Origin: Utricularia gibba
Lineage: Eukaryota; Plantae; Magnoliophyta
Assembly (NCBI GenBank): GCA_002189035.1
Contig: NEEC01000008.1
Span: 1,798,001-1,862,000 of the forward strand
DNA: 64,000 nucleotides
Direction: 5' to 3'
Positions 42,601 to 60,510 of this stretch are shown here, in pieces (within the stretch, counting starts at the first letter, position 1; every line of letters starts with the position of its first letter). The position numbers were made by a program, and so were the translations under genes. The notes below the pieces were generated by a model, which saw only the letters and a program-made list of their open reading frames with translations, made no database searches and was not told the DNA's origin.

Positions 42601-45210
42601 AAATATATTCATTAAAGAGAAATGGTTAACTGACTGCCCATTAAGCAACCGTAGATCCAAACACTTACCTAGGTTCTCCAGCATGCCTTGAATGGTAGCA
42701 GTGCTTGCAGCACTTCCAGGATAAAGAATGGTTTGACGAGCATACATATAATATGCACCTGATGGTAGCCTCTTCGGGTCCAACAATGATATACACACAG
42801 ATAACAAGTTAACCAGAACAGACTTCGGTCTTGACTCCTCCAGTGCATGGGAAAACAACTTTCTGATAAAACTGAGGAAAGGAAATTGATCCAACTGTTT
42901 AAGTGAGGGAAAGAGAAGAAAACGGGGACAGGGCTGCAGTGTTCACTGGGACCAACCTTGGGCTGGAAATTTTGTACACCAGTCCGGAAGAAGCATAACG
43001 TGAAATGGCACAAAGAGTTTCGGCTGCATTAGCATGCACTTCAGAAGAATCCTGAAAATGCATATTATACAAAGCTGTAACTCAAGATTTTAGATACACG
43101 CCAAGTTCACCCATAATGAAGGTTATCCATGCAGATAACCTAATCCGTATTGATAGAAAAGAGGAGGCTCCATAATCTCATCCTATACCCAACTGGAGAC
43201 CAGCAAGTATGAGATATCCATTGCAATATATAAAAAAGAGGAAGCTGTGCTGGAAAAGACAAGACATATCCACACATCAATGAAATAATTCATAACAGTG
43301 CCAGAACTTTATAGATGTGTGATTTTCACTTACAGATGAACTAAATTTGTCAACAAGCGTCTCTGGAACATTAGTATCTTCCAGCCACTGTACATATTCC
43401 CCATCATCAACACAACATAGGCGGATTAGAACCTGCAATCATGCTATCACTCAGAACTACAAAACCAAAAAAAGAATATAGGAAGCCAAGATGTTAAAGT
43501 AGAACCCACCTCCATTATTGAGGTAATTCCAATTAAATCAACGAGCCTATTAATGATCTCCTGATGACCCTACGCAAACATGAGGTAAATTCATAAGTAC
43601 TTAAGCCATTATGTGCAACATAGCAAACATGGCAACATGCAGAGTATCAGTCAGTGAGTAACACAGATGAGATAATATACTTCACCACAACATTAAGCCT
43701 CTTTTTTTCATCCAAATTTTCATACCATGGTTTTTCTATTCATCTGTACATTTTTTCTTAAATACATGCAAAACAATGAAGGAAATAGTCTAAAATATCT
43801 TAATCCGGAAAACAGCAAGGTCAGTATGAACTGGCACAAACAGGAAGAAAAATTCCAGAAAATACTGTTTGAAAAAGTATGAGCTGAAATAATGTTAGTT
43901 GGGAACATCACAATGTTTGATAATGTATCTGCCAGGTGATAAAGGATCCAAGGGTTTGAATTTCATTTAGTATGGAGTCCAGAAACATAAGAATGAAAAT
44001 GCGTGTGCAACAGAGCACCCTCCCCCCCCCCCCCCCCATCAAAAAGTTTGACTCTGTGCTGGGTTTTATAATGCATGTTGATCACCAAAATCAATCATAT
44101 AAGGACTTACACGAATGTAGTTCATAAGAGGAGATGTCTTCCGCAGCAGAAGGACCACAACAACCTAGAGCATAAAATAAAAAGATTGCAGTAGTAGCGC
44201 TTCTTTACCTCTCCTGATAGAGCGGAACCTTGTGGAGAAAGTCATTATAACAAAGGAATAAATTTCACACCTTGCTAAAGTAACCGGCCGAAAGATTAGA
44301 ATGTAGCCGCCCAGGATCCAAGAAAGAAAAAAGCAAGCCCATCAACTGCCCATTGAAAATAGAACCAGTAGTTAAAAACTAAAATATCAACCAAATCTTA
44401 ATTCAAACCAATCGAGACCTCCTCATCCTCCACCAATGCTTTCAGTATAATATCAATCTCACAGGTGAAAATTTCACAGGAAATAAAAGAAAACCTGCAT
44501 CCAAAAATGTGAGATGGCATCCAATCAGTTTGTAATCATAACACTGTTTACATGATGAGATGAGGAATTTGAAAATTAAGTCATTAGCACACCTAAACCT
44601 GTCAAGCACGGAATTCTTACTTGAATCTCTGTTGCCTCTCAGCATCTTCACGAGGTTCTTCCACTATGTACTCAATCAATTGCTTAATAGTAGATTTTTC
44701 GCGTAAACTACAAGAAATGCCGTTAAAAATGAGCTTAGCGACAAAAAATCAACTTCCCCTTATCCCCAGAAACGAATACAGGGTGGTTTTTGCATAGCAA
44801 TATCAGTAAAAATTTATGGCATGTTACATCAGCGGGAAACTCAAATTCCAATACACAATCAAATGGGAAGAAACTTGAGAATTCAATTTGGATAAGATTT
44901 CTAAAAAATGAAGAAAATTTTATCTTACAAATTAATGAGACGGCCATTAAGAGCTTTGCATTCTTGAATGATCTCATCTTCATCCAGTAGCTCCTCCAGT
45001 GTAAAATTTTGCTTGTCTAGAATACTTTCCACCTGACAGAAAGAAAATGATGCACAGAGCTGAAGGCGCAAGATCAAAGAAGGAAATAAGACAAGGAAAA
45101 TGATTGATAGCTCTAGGATAGTTGAATCAACAGAAGAAACAGTTTTCAAGATAATCGCCAACAACACTTACTGGCGACGCAGTGGCTAATCCCGTCATAC
45201 GCCAAAACAT
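39608..45210 (-). CDS. SIT4 phosphatase-associated (SAPS) protein / PP6 regulatory subunit, multi-exon; -1 frameshift at 41694-41697; true stop uncertain (39769 as read, 39608 if a second missing base is restored)
   Basis: MFWRMTGLATASP|VESILDKQNFTLEELLDEDEIIQECKALNGRLINF, SCEIFTCEIDII, HANAAETLCAI, QPPLGKHRLK, RIGNIGHLTR, NNLSQAFRYGIY, DVYFDDESAEVV, SNWFAFEDD. Confidence 0.92.
44022..44037. repeat. Poly(C)16 tract in a SAPS intron
   Basis: Read directly from the sequence. Confidence 0.9.
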
Positions 45211-46654
45211 GGTGAATTCCGTATGCGGATGACCCAACGGAGAACTCGTACTCAGATCTGTCGACTCAGAAGCTATTGTACGATCAGGGCCTCCTTTCCA
45301 CTACAACGCCCGGCGAAATTGACTCGACAAGCCAGCCGATGACGAAATCTTGCATCAAAAATTGCCTCCTCGGGTTCAAGATTTTGACTTGTTCACTCTA
45401 CGATTGAGACGGAGAACTACCGGCAAAACCGTTGCAGGTGTGATTTTTATTTCTCGGAAAGGAATAGAAAACGAAAAAGAAGTGGCGAGGAATGTAACAG
45501 CCGGGAGCCATCAGACTTGTTGCAAATGAAAAATGAAAAATGTCTCTCTCCCTTCTTCACAGTTTTACTTTCATTAAATAGTACAACAAATTCATTGCAT
45601 AAAATTTTCATGCCTCTGTGCTGATCATCGATCGCCGGCGGCAGAGATCGGTTTCTCTTCACCTTCATTTGGAGTGGATATGCTTCTTTACTCCCCTGTA
45701 AACGGGAACAAGTAGAAAAAGTGAATCAGCCGCAGAGAGGAGGAGATTCAAATTCAACGCATCGATTTTCCACTCACAACTGAAGGATTGTAGGAGAATT
45801 CGATGGTTTCACGTACTGATTCATAAAATTTGCGGCCATCGAAGTTCAACAAGTGATTATCCAATTTTGGAAGCGCACGAGATGACGACAAGATCAGTAG
45901 GGGAATTGGTGTCAAAGTACATACATGCTCAGACATTTCGTCAAACAGGTATCGGACCAATTCCTGGTGCAGTAGGCTGCAGAGCTTTCTTCCGGTTGGG
46001 AATGTATCTCCAGCCTGTTTTGTCAGCCTCCTTGAAAGCCTTCAAACAAATACTTCATCATCATCTTCTTCTTCTTCTTCTACCCGTCGCAGGAGTGAAA
46101 CGTGTTTTTTCTTTTCTTTTTGAAATTATGTAATGATCCATTTGAGAGAAGTGGAGTCAGAAAGGTTGGCTTCACTCGCCAGCTGCCCGTGGAGTTAGTG
46201 AATCGGTGATCTCCATGGCTGCCGTTGCTCTTACTAATCTTTTTCCTGAAAAACTCCAGCCGCCGCATTCGGGAAGCTGAACCTTCAACCAAAGGGCCCC
46301 TCAAAGGAATGCCCCATTCCCATCGTGAAAGCTCCTCCTCGTTTATCACCTGACCACAGGGGGGCATCCACCCACCTTGATTTCTATTTTTGAGTGGACT
46401 GCGGCCATTGGGCCTTAATCTCTGTGCCGCAAGCAGGCAGAGAGACAGATCTTGGCCCAATAAGCCCATGGATGCATAATGTTTAAAAATAATTATTTTC
46501 GATACAGTTATTTGATCTGACAGTTGGAAATGGGGTTTGCTTTTCTTTTCTTTTCTTTTCTACCCGCTGTGCACCCACCCAAACCCAATCCCAAATCCCC
46601 TGGTCGTCCTGAGCAGAAAGGACCAGACCAGACCACGGCACGCCTGCCTCTGCT

Positions 46655-46687
46655 CTGCTTCTGCTTCTGCTTCTGCTTCTGCTTCTG
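46655..46687. repeat. (CTGCTT)5.5 hexanucleotide microsatellite downstream of the HD-ZIP III gene
   Basis: Read directly; a (GACCA)3 run lies just before it at 46621-46635. Confidence 0.9.
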
Positions 46688-46949
46688 TCCAAATGTCACG
46701 CCGCCCCTTGAGAGCCGACAGACAGCGTCGTAGAAGCGCTTTTCTCGGTCACGCTCACTAAAAAAGACCCAAGTAATTTTTTAAGGACAACCCAACCCAA
46801 GCCAACAGAAGAGGAGTTGAGAAAAGTTTCGAGGGAAGGGAACACAGTGGGACCCCCAATCCGACGTGGCTACATTTTTTACGCGGGAGCCACTTCCCGC
46901 CAAAACACAACGTTAGTGTTCGTTAGATGACATTGACAACCAGTAGACA

Positions 46950-49900
46950 TCAGGTGGGGGCGAAGGCCCAGTTGATGAACATGAAGGCGAGGCAGTGGTT
47001 GGAATCGTCCTCCTTCAGGACCTTCCACACCAGGGCTTGCTCGTAGGATACCGGCCGCCCCAAGCTCGACACGCATACTCCACCGGGCAGATATGCGAAG
47101 CCCTGTTGAATGAGGGAGGAGAGGGGAGGGGGGATCAGGAGGGGTCTGAATTTGTCTGAAGTGAAGATATACTACTTGACCTGTTGCATGATCTTGGAGA
47201 ATTCTGCCACCAGAACCTTCCTGCCATTTTCGTCCAGGACCTTCTCCAGAGTGATGTCCTGAAGCACCGGCAGTGTGGTCTCCAGCATGTCCAGACCGGC
47301 CTGGTTCGCAAACGTGAAGACAGCAGAAGCCTGAAGGAAGGAAATGTCACGAATTATAACCATCATGTGCGGTTTGCATTGAAGAAACAAAAACCCACAT
47401 TCATTCTCACGGAGCAGCACAGTATGGCATCACCATGCTGCCAAACCTGCTTCAGTGCACCATCTCCAGCCGGGAGTGATTCGCAGCCTGGTATAAGCTC
47501 GGTACCAGTGTGGATCCTGAAACATTAGGAGAAAACTCCGGTGTGATTCAAAGTGGGGAAACATGGGAATGGAAATGTTATGCAGAACTCATGCCTATAG
47601 CTCCCACAAATCCATCGTGACAGGGTAACAGCCTCTGGAGAGCCAGGCACTGGTTTCAGGGACGGATTGGAGACAAGGGGGTGCGGGCTATGGCCATGGC
47701 CAATCTTTGCACGCAGCCCACTATATTTCTTACATATTGACGAGCCATTGCCGCAACATTGTCACGATACTGGTTCTCAAATGTGAACTGAAAGGCGATG
47801 GTCAGAACAGATCTAAGATTCAGGCTACCAGCATCGGCCTGACCAGTTGGATGCTGTGCTCCTTGCCCAACTTCGAGAGCAGATGCCAAGTCTAGAGTTC
47901 GAGTGGCAGCAGGATCATTCTGCGATTGAAACAACCCTCAAGTTACAGAGGGAAGGAATGAAAAAAAAACAAAAATCCCAGAAAAGGATTGTTGAGAAAG
48001 TGCTAACGCAACTGATTGGATTTCTAAAGGTATGACTCGAAAACCAGATGGCAGCAGAGGGGCTTCATCACCAAAAGACTCGTCAATGGGAGCAAAGACA
48101 AGTTGGCTGCAGGATCCGAATTCCATTTCATCTGAACCGCTACATAGCTTCAGTATAAAGAAAGATATTCAGCATATTGCATAACACAATGAGTGACACT
48201 TCATTGAGGAAGAAAAGCTTAAAATGTGCTAAACCTGGAGTAAGTACATGTCTCTTGACATTGCAATATCCTCGGGGGAGCATGCATGAGCCGCCAAACG
48301 AACCACATCCAAGAACTACATAAAAAATTTTCGCCAAGAAAATATTCATACAGTATGCAGAATCCATAAATGGCCTCAACAGGAAAACAAGTACCTCATC
48401 ATTTTCAATGGTCTGTGAAAGAGGTAAAATGACTTGACTACTTGGAAAACTCCCATTCTTGAGGCATGGAATGGCATGAGGACTGTGTTTAAGAGAAGCA
48501 GCGCAATACATGTCTATTCCATAGTCAGCCCACTCAGACCGGTGCTCCCGAAGGAAACGGACAAGCAGAGCAGGGGATACATTCTGCAGAATAATGTCAT
48601 AAACAAGCAGTGTGAAAAACTTGCAAGCTTTGAAAACACAGTTTGGTTCCAGTAACAAGTAGAGAACCTGGAGAAGCATTGATGCTCGTGAACAAATTAC
48701 TCCACCTACTGGGACCATGGACATGTTGCTGTAATGGGAACTAACAAATTTGCTCGGAGAATTGTTAACTGCTATCGTTATATCCTCCATCCCATCACTG
48801 CTAGTTGTTGACCATCCATCACTAGCAAATCCACTGACGGCATCATTGAAACCCCTAAAGTTGTGAATCAAACATCAGAAACCCATCAGAAGAATGGATC
48901 GATCACAAATCCATTAATTAAAAATAAATCAAGAGGGGCAGATTTATTGTAAAAGACAATTCCTACTTGCAAAGCTTGTGAATGAGGGCCCTGAGAACAG
49001 CAGGTTGATGACCACCATTTCGTGGGTTTTCGCTGTTTGTTTCTTGAGCAATTTGCCGTACGTGGCGTAGTGCCTAAGAACATAAAATCTTCAAATTCCA
49101 CAGAAAGATGCTAGCAGGTCAACAAAATAATCCTTAGAAAAACTGTTACCGCCATTGTCATTTTCTGAGCAAGGATTTTTGAGGACGAATAAAGGGGCCT
49201 AAGAACTTCAGGAACGATGGAAACCTGCAGAAAAAAGTAGCAAGATAAAATAGTCTGCGCCACAAGGAAACTACCAGCACATTTCAAAATATCATCAAAG
49301 TTCTCACATCAAAGTCAATGTGATCAACAATATGGATAATGGAACCACCACCCTCGCAAGGCCGTACAAGAAACCCACTAGGCAACATTTCAGCTCTCAC
49401 AAAGCAAGGATTTGATGGTCCACTTGGGCCACCTGTGGAAGATGTCAGCGATCTCTCACAAACCTGCAAAAGCCAAAGCCCCTTTAGTAATTCATATACT
49501 TCCTTGACAATTCCTTCTAAGATCAATGAAACAGATAGACGACAGCTTACCACGACACTTCCATCATCCAAGCTTGTAGTATACCTCAGTGTCCAAAAGT
49601 CACGTGCTGATGCTAACGTGGTTGGTGCGTACACCTAGACAAAGGAGTTCTATATTAACGAACTGCAAGATCCTTAGCAAAAGCAACTTGAAAAACGCAT
49701 AGTACTCACTTGCATATAAACAAGCTCCAGCGTCCCCCATTCCCTGTGTTAATTGTGCTAGTTACATCATGGCAACGGCAGTCAACAAACCAAGACAAGC
49801 GATCTTTAAGAATGTCTGTAACCTGGAAAAACAGAAATCCGTTGTAGTAAAATTTTATTTCTCATGAGCTCCTTATTGGGAAGAGAACCATCAAAAACTC

Positions 49901-51485
49901 AATCAGAAATACCTTTCTAGGTTCAAGACTCACAAGACCGCAAGCTCTTGCTGCTACACTTTTAGAGTTGCGGGATACCGCAACAATGCCAATAGAATCC
50001 GGACCAGGCTGATCACAGGCAGCATAACATTGAAGTACGCAAAGTAACCAATGCATAAGAGATTCAAATGAAAACAAATTGAGTACCTTCATCCCAATCA
50101 TCTGCACCCAGTCGACAGCAGTTCCAGTCGCCTTACCTAGGAACTCTGCCAGGGTCTCCTCAGCAATTGCGAGTAAACTAATAGAGAAAACGCAATGGGT
50201 GATAAGGTACTGATAAAAGCAATTTCAAAAACAAAAATGAAATATCGAGTAGAGCAGTAATAAAAAAAAAATACCCGGCTGGGGTATTGGAATCCCTCTG
50301 GGGATGCTGATGTGTTGGGTTCTGCTGTTGTGGATGACCACTCATAACTGCTGAATCAGAGCTGGTATCAGTGGTCGCCGTGCTAACCTGAGACTCAAAC
50401 ATGATTTAGCATTCTTTGAACTTGAAAACGCACACAGCAAACGATGAAATGATACTTCAAATTTACTCACAGTGTGCAGGTGCTGACGCATGTAACCATT
50501 CTGATAAACTAATTGAGAGACCTGCTTTTGGAGCCTGTCATTCTCGTCCATCAGCAGCTTATTCATGGCTGTCAGCTTCCTGTTTACAGACTGAAGACGA
50601 GACGACTCCTTTCTCTGTTTTTCACGACATCTGGATACAAGATTACGAGTTAGTTTTTTTTTTCCAATGAGGCAGTTCATAGGTATCTATTGACAATCCG
50701 GACTATCGACCTCCTAAAACGGATGTCAATGAAGCTGGTAAACCACGAAGTTTGTGCAGTGGACAAAAATATGAGAAATCGTAGCCCAATTTCCTAAACA
50801 ACTACCAAACTCGAAATGCAGACAAGTGTCCTAGAAAACGAACAAGAAACTCTCCTTAACAAATGAATCCTATCACAGCAAACAGAGGAAACGACAACCC
50901 ACTTCATGACCATAACTGCAACAGAAACGAAAAAATGACATGGTGACTGAGATTTCAACAAGGAATATGCATGGACCCTGAGACGAAAATCCTGGAAAAT
51001 ACATAAAGGGTCAACGTTCACCGAAACCCTCAGGATCAAAGTTCTCAGTCAGCCTTGGAGAGAGCAAAAAACCTTTGCTCACCAAGACTTAATTCTTAGA
51101 CAGAAGAGGATCTGAGGAAGTACAAGTCATGCCTGTGCTTTATCTATTTCTCGTCAAAACATTGCTTGTAAGACCGCGACACAGGACCATAAAAGGGCAC
51201 ATATTACTAGCAACGACACGCTCCATTGACTGCCCGCGTCAAGAAATAAACTGCATACCTACGGTTCTGAAACCAGACTTTGATCTGCTTAGGCTCAATG
51301 TTAGAAAGAATGGGGCATTCCCGAATAAGCTGCTGCCTCCTCATGGAAGAGGGTTTGGGACATTCTGCATAAACCCTCTCCAAAGCCTCTACCTGCTCGG
51401 GTGTGTACCTCACATACTTGCTGTCCATTGCGGCCTGGTGCTTGCTGCTAACGTTTATGGATTCTCTGTGCATAGAAAGTGCCAT
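46950..51485 (-). CDS. PHB: Class III HD-ZIP transcription factor (HD-Zip, START, MEKHLA), PHB/PHV/ATHB14-like; two -1 frameshifts in this sequence (49734-49738 and about 47677-47687)
   Basis: KYVRYTPEQVEALERVYAECPKPSSMRRQQLIRECPILSNIEPKQIKVWFQNRR|CREKQRKE, WVQMIGMK|PGPDSIG (MIGMK is PHB/PHV-type), VYAPTTLASARDFWTLRY, FTFANQAGLDMLETT, ends MFINWAFAPT*. Confidence 0.93.
49998..50098 (-). promoter_or_regulatory. miR165/166 target site, split by an intron
   Basis: ATTGGGATGAAG (50098-50087) joins CCTGGTCCGGA (50008-49998) after splicing, giving the canonical HD-ZIP III site; no resistance mutation is visible. Confidence 0.93.
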
Positions 51486-53249
51486 TCTAGTGAAAAGAAG
51501 ATTCCTCTGCCCCAAATCCTCCGTGGAAGAAAAAATGGGTGCATGAACGCTAAGGCTCTCTAACCCCACCGAGAGCCCCTTCTCCCATTCAACGAGATGA
51601 ATGTTTGGTAATTATACTCGACTGAGAGAAGAGCTTTAAGAGAAGAGAGAAAGGCCGCGGTCCAACGGGTTTATCGCATACGCTAGTCTCGAGACCGTCA
51701 GAGAAAGTGATCCGTGAAGATAGAGAAAGAGGAGGGAAGAGAAAAGATTTCAACTTCATAAGCTAAAATAAACTATGGAAACTTGTAAAGAAAAGAGAGA
51801 AAATCCCGAGCCTCGCCTAAGCTTGTTTACCCCATAAATCTTCATCATTGCTCCTGAAATGGATAACCGAAATGAGGAGCAATAGGAATGGGCGAAGGAG
51901 AGAAAGAGAGAGAGTGTGTGCGCGTCTCCGATTTGCTGCTGCAAGAATCCGAAGGGTTCCTTCTTGGGTAATTCAAAAAAGCAGCTCTAGGTCTCTGCTG
52001 AAAAACCCATCAAGCACGTTCATGGTTCTGGCATCTGGCATAATCATTTTGGGGCATTAATTGAAAGAGCAAAGCAAAGCCACAACATTCATACGCCAGC
52101 ATTTAGACTTTCGGTCTCTTGAGCATGTAGAAGAATAAACACGGAAGTCATTAAATAAGCGAAAGAGATCGGAGAGGAGAGAGTTAAATACAACAGAAAG
52201 CAGCAGGGTGGCGGGGACACCTTTATCGGAAGCAGAACGGCAGGCCCATTCCCAGACGTTGTAGCTCCCTGCATCAGGAAAATACGAAAAACCTCCCTTT
52301 CCTTCCTTCACTTGTGCGCTTTGAGAGGTGAGCTCGTGACCATCATAACTGTATCGCATGAACCCATTGTCAGACGCCTCTCTTCTCTTCAAGCCATCCA
52401 TCCACCTGACCAAAGAATCAAATCATAAACCCTAATATGGATCCTGATTTCAAATTAACATCCAACTGCAATTCGACTGCTAATTACCCAAGCGGTCGCC
52501 CTGATTCCTGACCACCTGGCTGCCATGTTTCGTTAGACAAACGAATGTACTGTCACTAAAACAGTGATCAGTCCAAGAAACCTACCCCTGACGTTTCTCC
52601 CCCATAATAGACCAACATCCGAGACTGATGTGCTTCTACACGGTGAAGAATCCAAAAGCGCAGGACGTAGCAGTTTAATTTCAGAACTTGGTTGACATCT
52701 GACGAAAAACACTAAACCACAGAGACTTATCCTTTTCAGACAATCCAAAGCTGATGGTCCCTCATATCTTGCTACAGAAAGGCGCGGTACCAAAACATCT
52801 GCCCCCAATCCCATCCTCAACAATACTCGACTCTGCAATTTGAAGAGCTTACTACTTTCCATCAGGTCAAAGATGGAATAGTAACACACGATCAGGAATC
52901 GCAATGCGGCCATGACAATGAAGAAGAGAACGAACCAATTTCATTTCTCGCTCACCGCAATCCGTCTTGCCGCTTCTACTAACCATGAGTTAGTCATTGT
53001 ACACCATCTTTATTCATTTATGTAAAATGATGACGTGATTTTCGTTATTGAGTTTTCATAAGTAAATCGAGTTTACTCAAAATGATTTTCGCAACATATA
53101 ATTCAAAATAAAAATGATTTCCGTAAAAATAAAAATTATTTCCGAAAAACTATATCAATATTTCCCAAAATCACTAAATATGCTTTAATAAATACCTAAT
53201 TTTCCCACACCGTTACTTGCCCGGAAAGGCGCCCAGGCCGACTCGATCA

Positions 53250-53305
53250 AGATTAATCTGATGGTGAAATTGCACAACTTGTGGTGCGAGTTCGATTCTT
53301 CTAAC
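53250..53305 (+). mobile_element. Possible degenerate tRNA-derived SINE head or tRNA pseudogene
   Basis: A-box-like ttaatctgatggtg (53253-53266) and B-box-like gagttcgattc (53288-53298); no complete cloverleaf or clear target-site duplication. Confidence 0.3.
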
Positions 53306-53836
53306 ATTTTAATGATATTGTAAATAATTTAGTAGTTTGAAGGTAAGAAATATTCCAAATCATTGATATAACATAATATTAAATATAATTAATACATATG
53401 TTGTATTTTACATTATAAATACTGTTAATTTAAATATAACTAAAACTAAAGTTAAATGAATATATAACTACTTTAAACATATTATTTATAATTAACTAAG
53501 TCATAAAAAATTAAATCAAAAAATTCAAAATTATGATCACTATATTAAATATTAATTTCGTAATTGAAATTGAAATTATTCCTAGATTTTTTACGGCAAT
53601 TAATTATTTTTAATTACAATATATTTATGATTAACAATTTAATTATATTTAATTTTTAATTGTATATAAATTCAAATTCCCCAATTATAATATAAAAATA
53701 TTTATATTAGATGAAAAAATTGTTTTAATTTAAGTTGTTTGTTTTGACTCAAAGAGGGCACTGGATTCTGTGGTGGCATTCGCCATGGCCCAAATATCCA
53801 CGTCTCAGGATGCAAACTGAATCAGTGTTGGCTACT

Positions 53837-55143
53837 TCAACTTGCATTGATAAAACTGAATATCTGCTGAACGGAGTTCGCCATGTCCTCCGCCGTGAAT
53901 CTCGCCCCGCCTCCGATCTGGATGGACACATTAATATCAATTATGGTGATAAATATTCAATCGGAAGGCGCCAAATTGGTACCTTGACGTTGAAGGAGTA
54001 GAGAACCGTGTGCTCGATGGTGGTGATGTTGGTATGAAGAACAGTGAGCTGCAGTTCTTGAAGCGCGGAGATGGTTTTCACCAGCTGCCCGGGTCTTCTG
54101 CTGGACAGGATCTTGATCAAGGCATCCAACCCCAGAACCTTCACTTCCACATCAGCTACACACGACTTGCTCTCAGCTGCTTCTTCGTGTTCGTGGGTCG
54201 GGTCGGCGGCTTTCATGGTCGCCGGAAACATCAATGCTGAAGTGGAGTCGCCCTCGGGGTAGAGCCTCCGTCTCTTCTGGGACTCGAGGCATTGGAGGAG
54301 CTGCTCCAGCTCCCGCACGAACTCGATCGCTCCGCCGATGATCGATGCTTGATCGCCCTGAAGGGTCGTGGATCAGTGCAAGGAAACAGAACCGCAAATG
54401 GAGCTGCATGTAAGGTTGGGAAGTACTCTCTGGATGTAGGAGGCTGGCATGAGGGATCTGAGGGCACGAAGATGCTCATTCATCTGCTTTCTTCTGTTTC
54501 TTTCCACTGTGATGTGGGTCATTCTCTGGCTCTCCACTTCCTCGCTCGTTTTCATCGTTCTCGTTCTCTTTCTCTTGCCTTTACCTGCAACAGGAAACAT
54601 GCACTGTGTTGATCTGATTGTGTTTGAACAAAAAATGCAAGTGTCACTAATTTCTACGTGAATCACCTTCTGTTGAAGTGAGGTTTTCTCGAAGGAGCTG
54701 CATCTGCTGCGCCTCGCTGCCATGCAGTTTGTCTCCCATTAAAGATGAGAAAGGGTGATCATTTTCTCCAGGCAACTTAGAGTCATTCAGAACCGGGAAC
54801 TTGAGAAAGTAGACAGAATTCACGGCGTTTTCTTCACCTCCTCCTCCCTCGCAGGGTCTGTTCTGGTTCAGTGCAAACTTAGGCCCAAAATCAGCAAACG
54901 AATGCACACCACAGAAGCCGGACGCCGACAGCATGTAATCGGCGATCGGGTTATCCGTTAATCCTGCTCCGATCTCATGATTCATGATCTGCTGTTGCTG
55001 GTGCTCGTCGTGATTAGGGTTTCCCATGAACCCCGTATCAAATCCATGAAAATCTCCCTGCAACGAAACACAAGGTGACAGACATACAGTTCAAGCTGGG
55101 TGCGCAGAAGAAGCCCCTCTTTACAAAAACAGCGTACCTCCAT
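53837..55143 (-). CDS. FAMA: bHLH subgroup Ia transcription factor, FAMA-like, 5 coding exons (55143-55138, 55057-54667, 54584-54427, 54357-53983, 53917-53837)
   Basis: [97 protein letters not shown] (LxCxE intact), ACT-like C-terminus ending [10 protein letters not shown]. Confidence 0.92.
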
Positions 55144-55891
55144 GATGACAAGGGTAGCTGCAGAAGAACCCTAGAAGAGCAAGTAGGACACGGGGCGTGT
55201 CGGTATGGGGATACGTATGTATTTATATGCATGTGGAGGAGGAGGAGCCTCTGGATTCACATCAAGTATCACGGAGGAGAGGTAGCTTTTTTGCTCATTA
55301 ATGGGTTTCACAGGGTGGCGCCGGCCAGCGGCCACCACTCACGCTTCTTGTAAATTCCTCTTTTAACCCCAACTTTTTCAAAAGTTGGAATTGGCTCTCC
55401 CCGATCAACGTTTATTTACATATTCACCCCTCCTGTACCGTTATATATTTTTTCTCAAACAAAGACAAGAAATTGAATTTTTTCTCACATTAAAAAAAAA
55501 AAGCAAAAGCAAAAATATTTCCACACAATTTGTTCACATAATCTCTAACACATGACCATTTTTTTAATTGATCTCAAGAATCTACGAAAACTGCTACTGT
55601 TCTCTTTTGTTGATTTTTTCCATACTTTCAGTCAGTTCCAAGGCAGATGAAAACTGGAAATTTCATTTGCTGAAGAAACAGTCTATTTGGGTCCAAGACA
55701 CTTAACAACTTGCTTCCATTGTACTTGTAGTCGGTAGAGATAATCAGGCACTTTGCCATGAAATACAAAATCAATCGCAAGCATATCAGAACCGATCTGC
55801 TAAGAGGGACAGGAAAACTTGTGCGTTTGGCGTATGTTTCTGAAGGCGTGGAAGAACTTCATCACAGATACTTGTTTTCTGTCGTCTTGGG

Positions 55892-60510
<4,619 letters not shown>

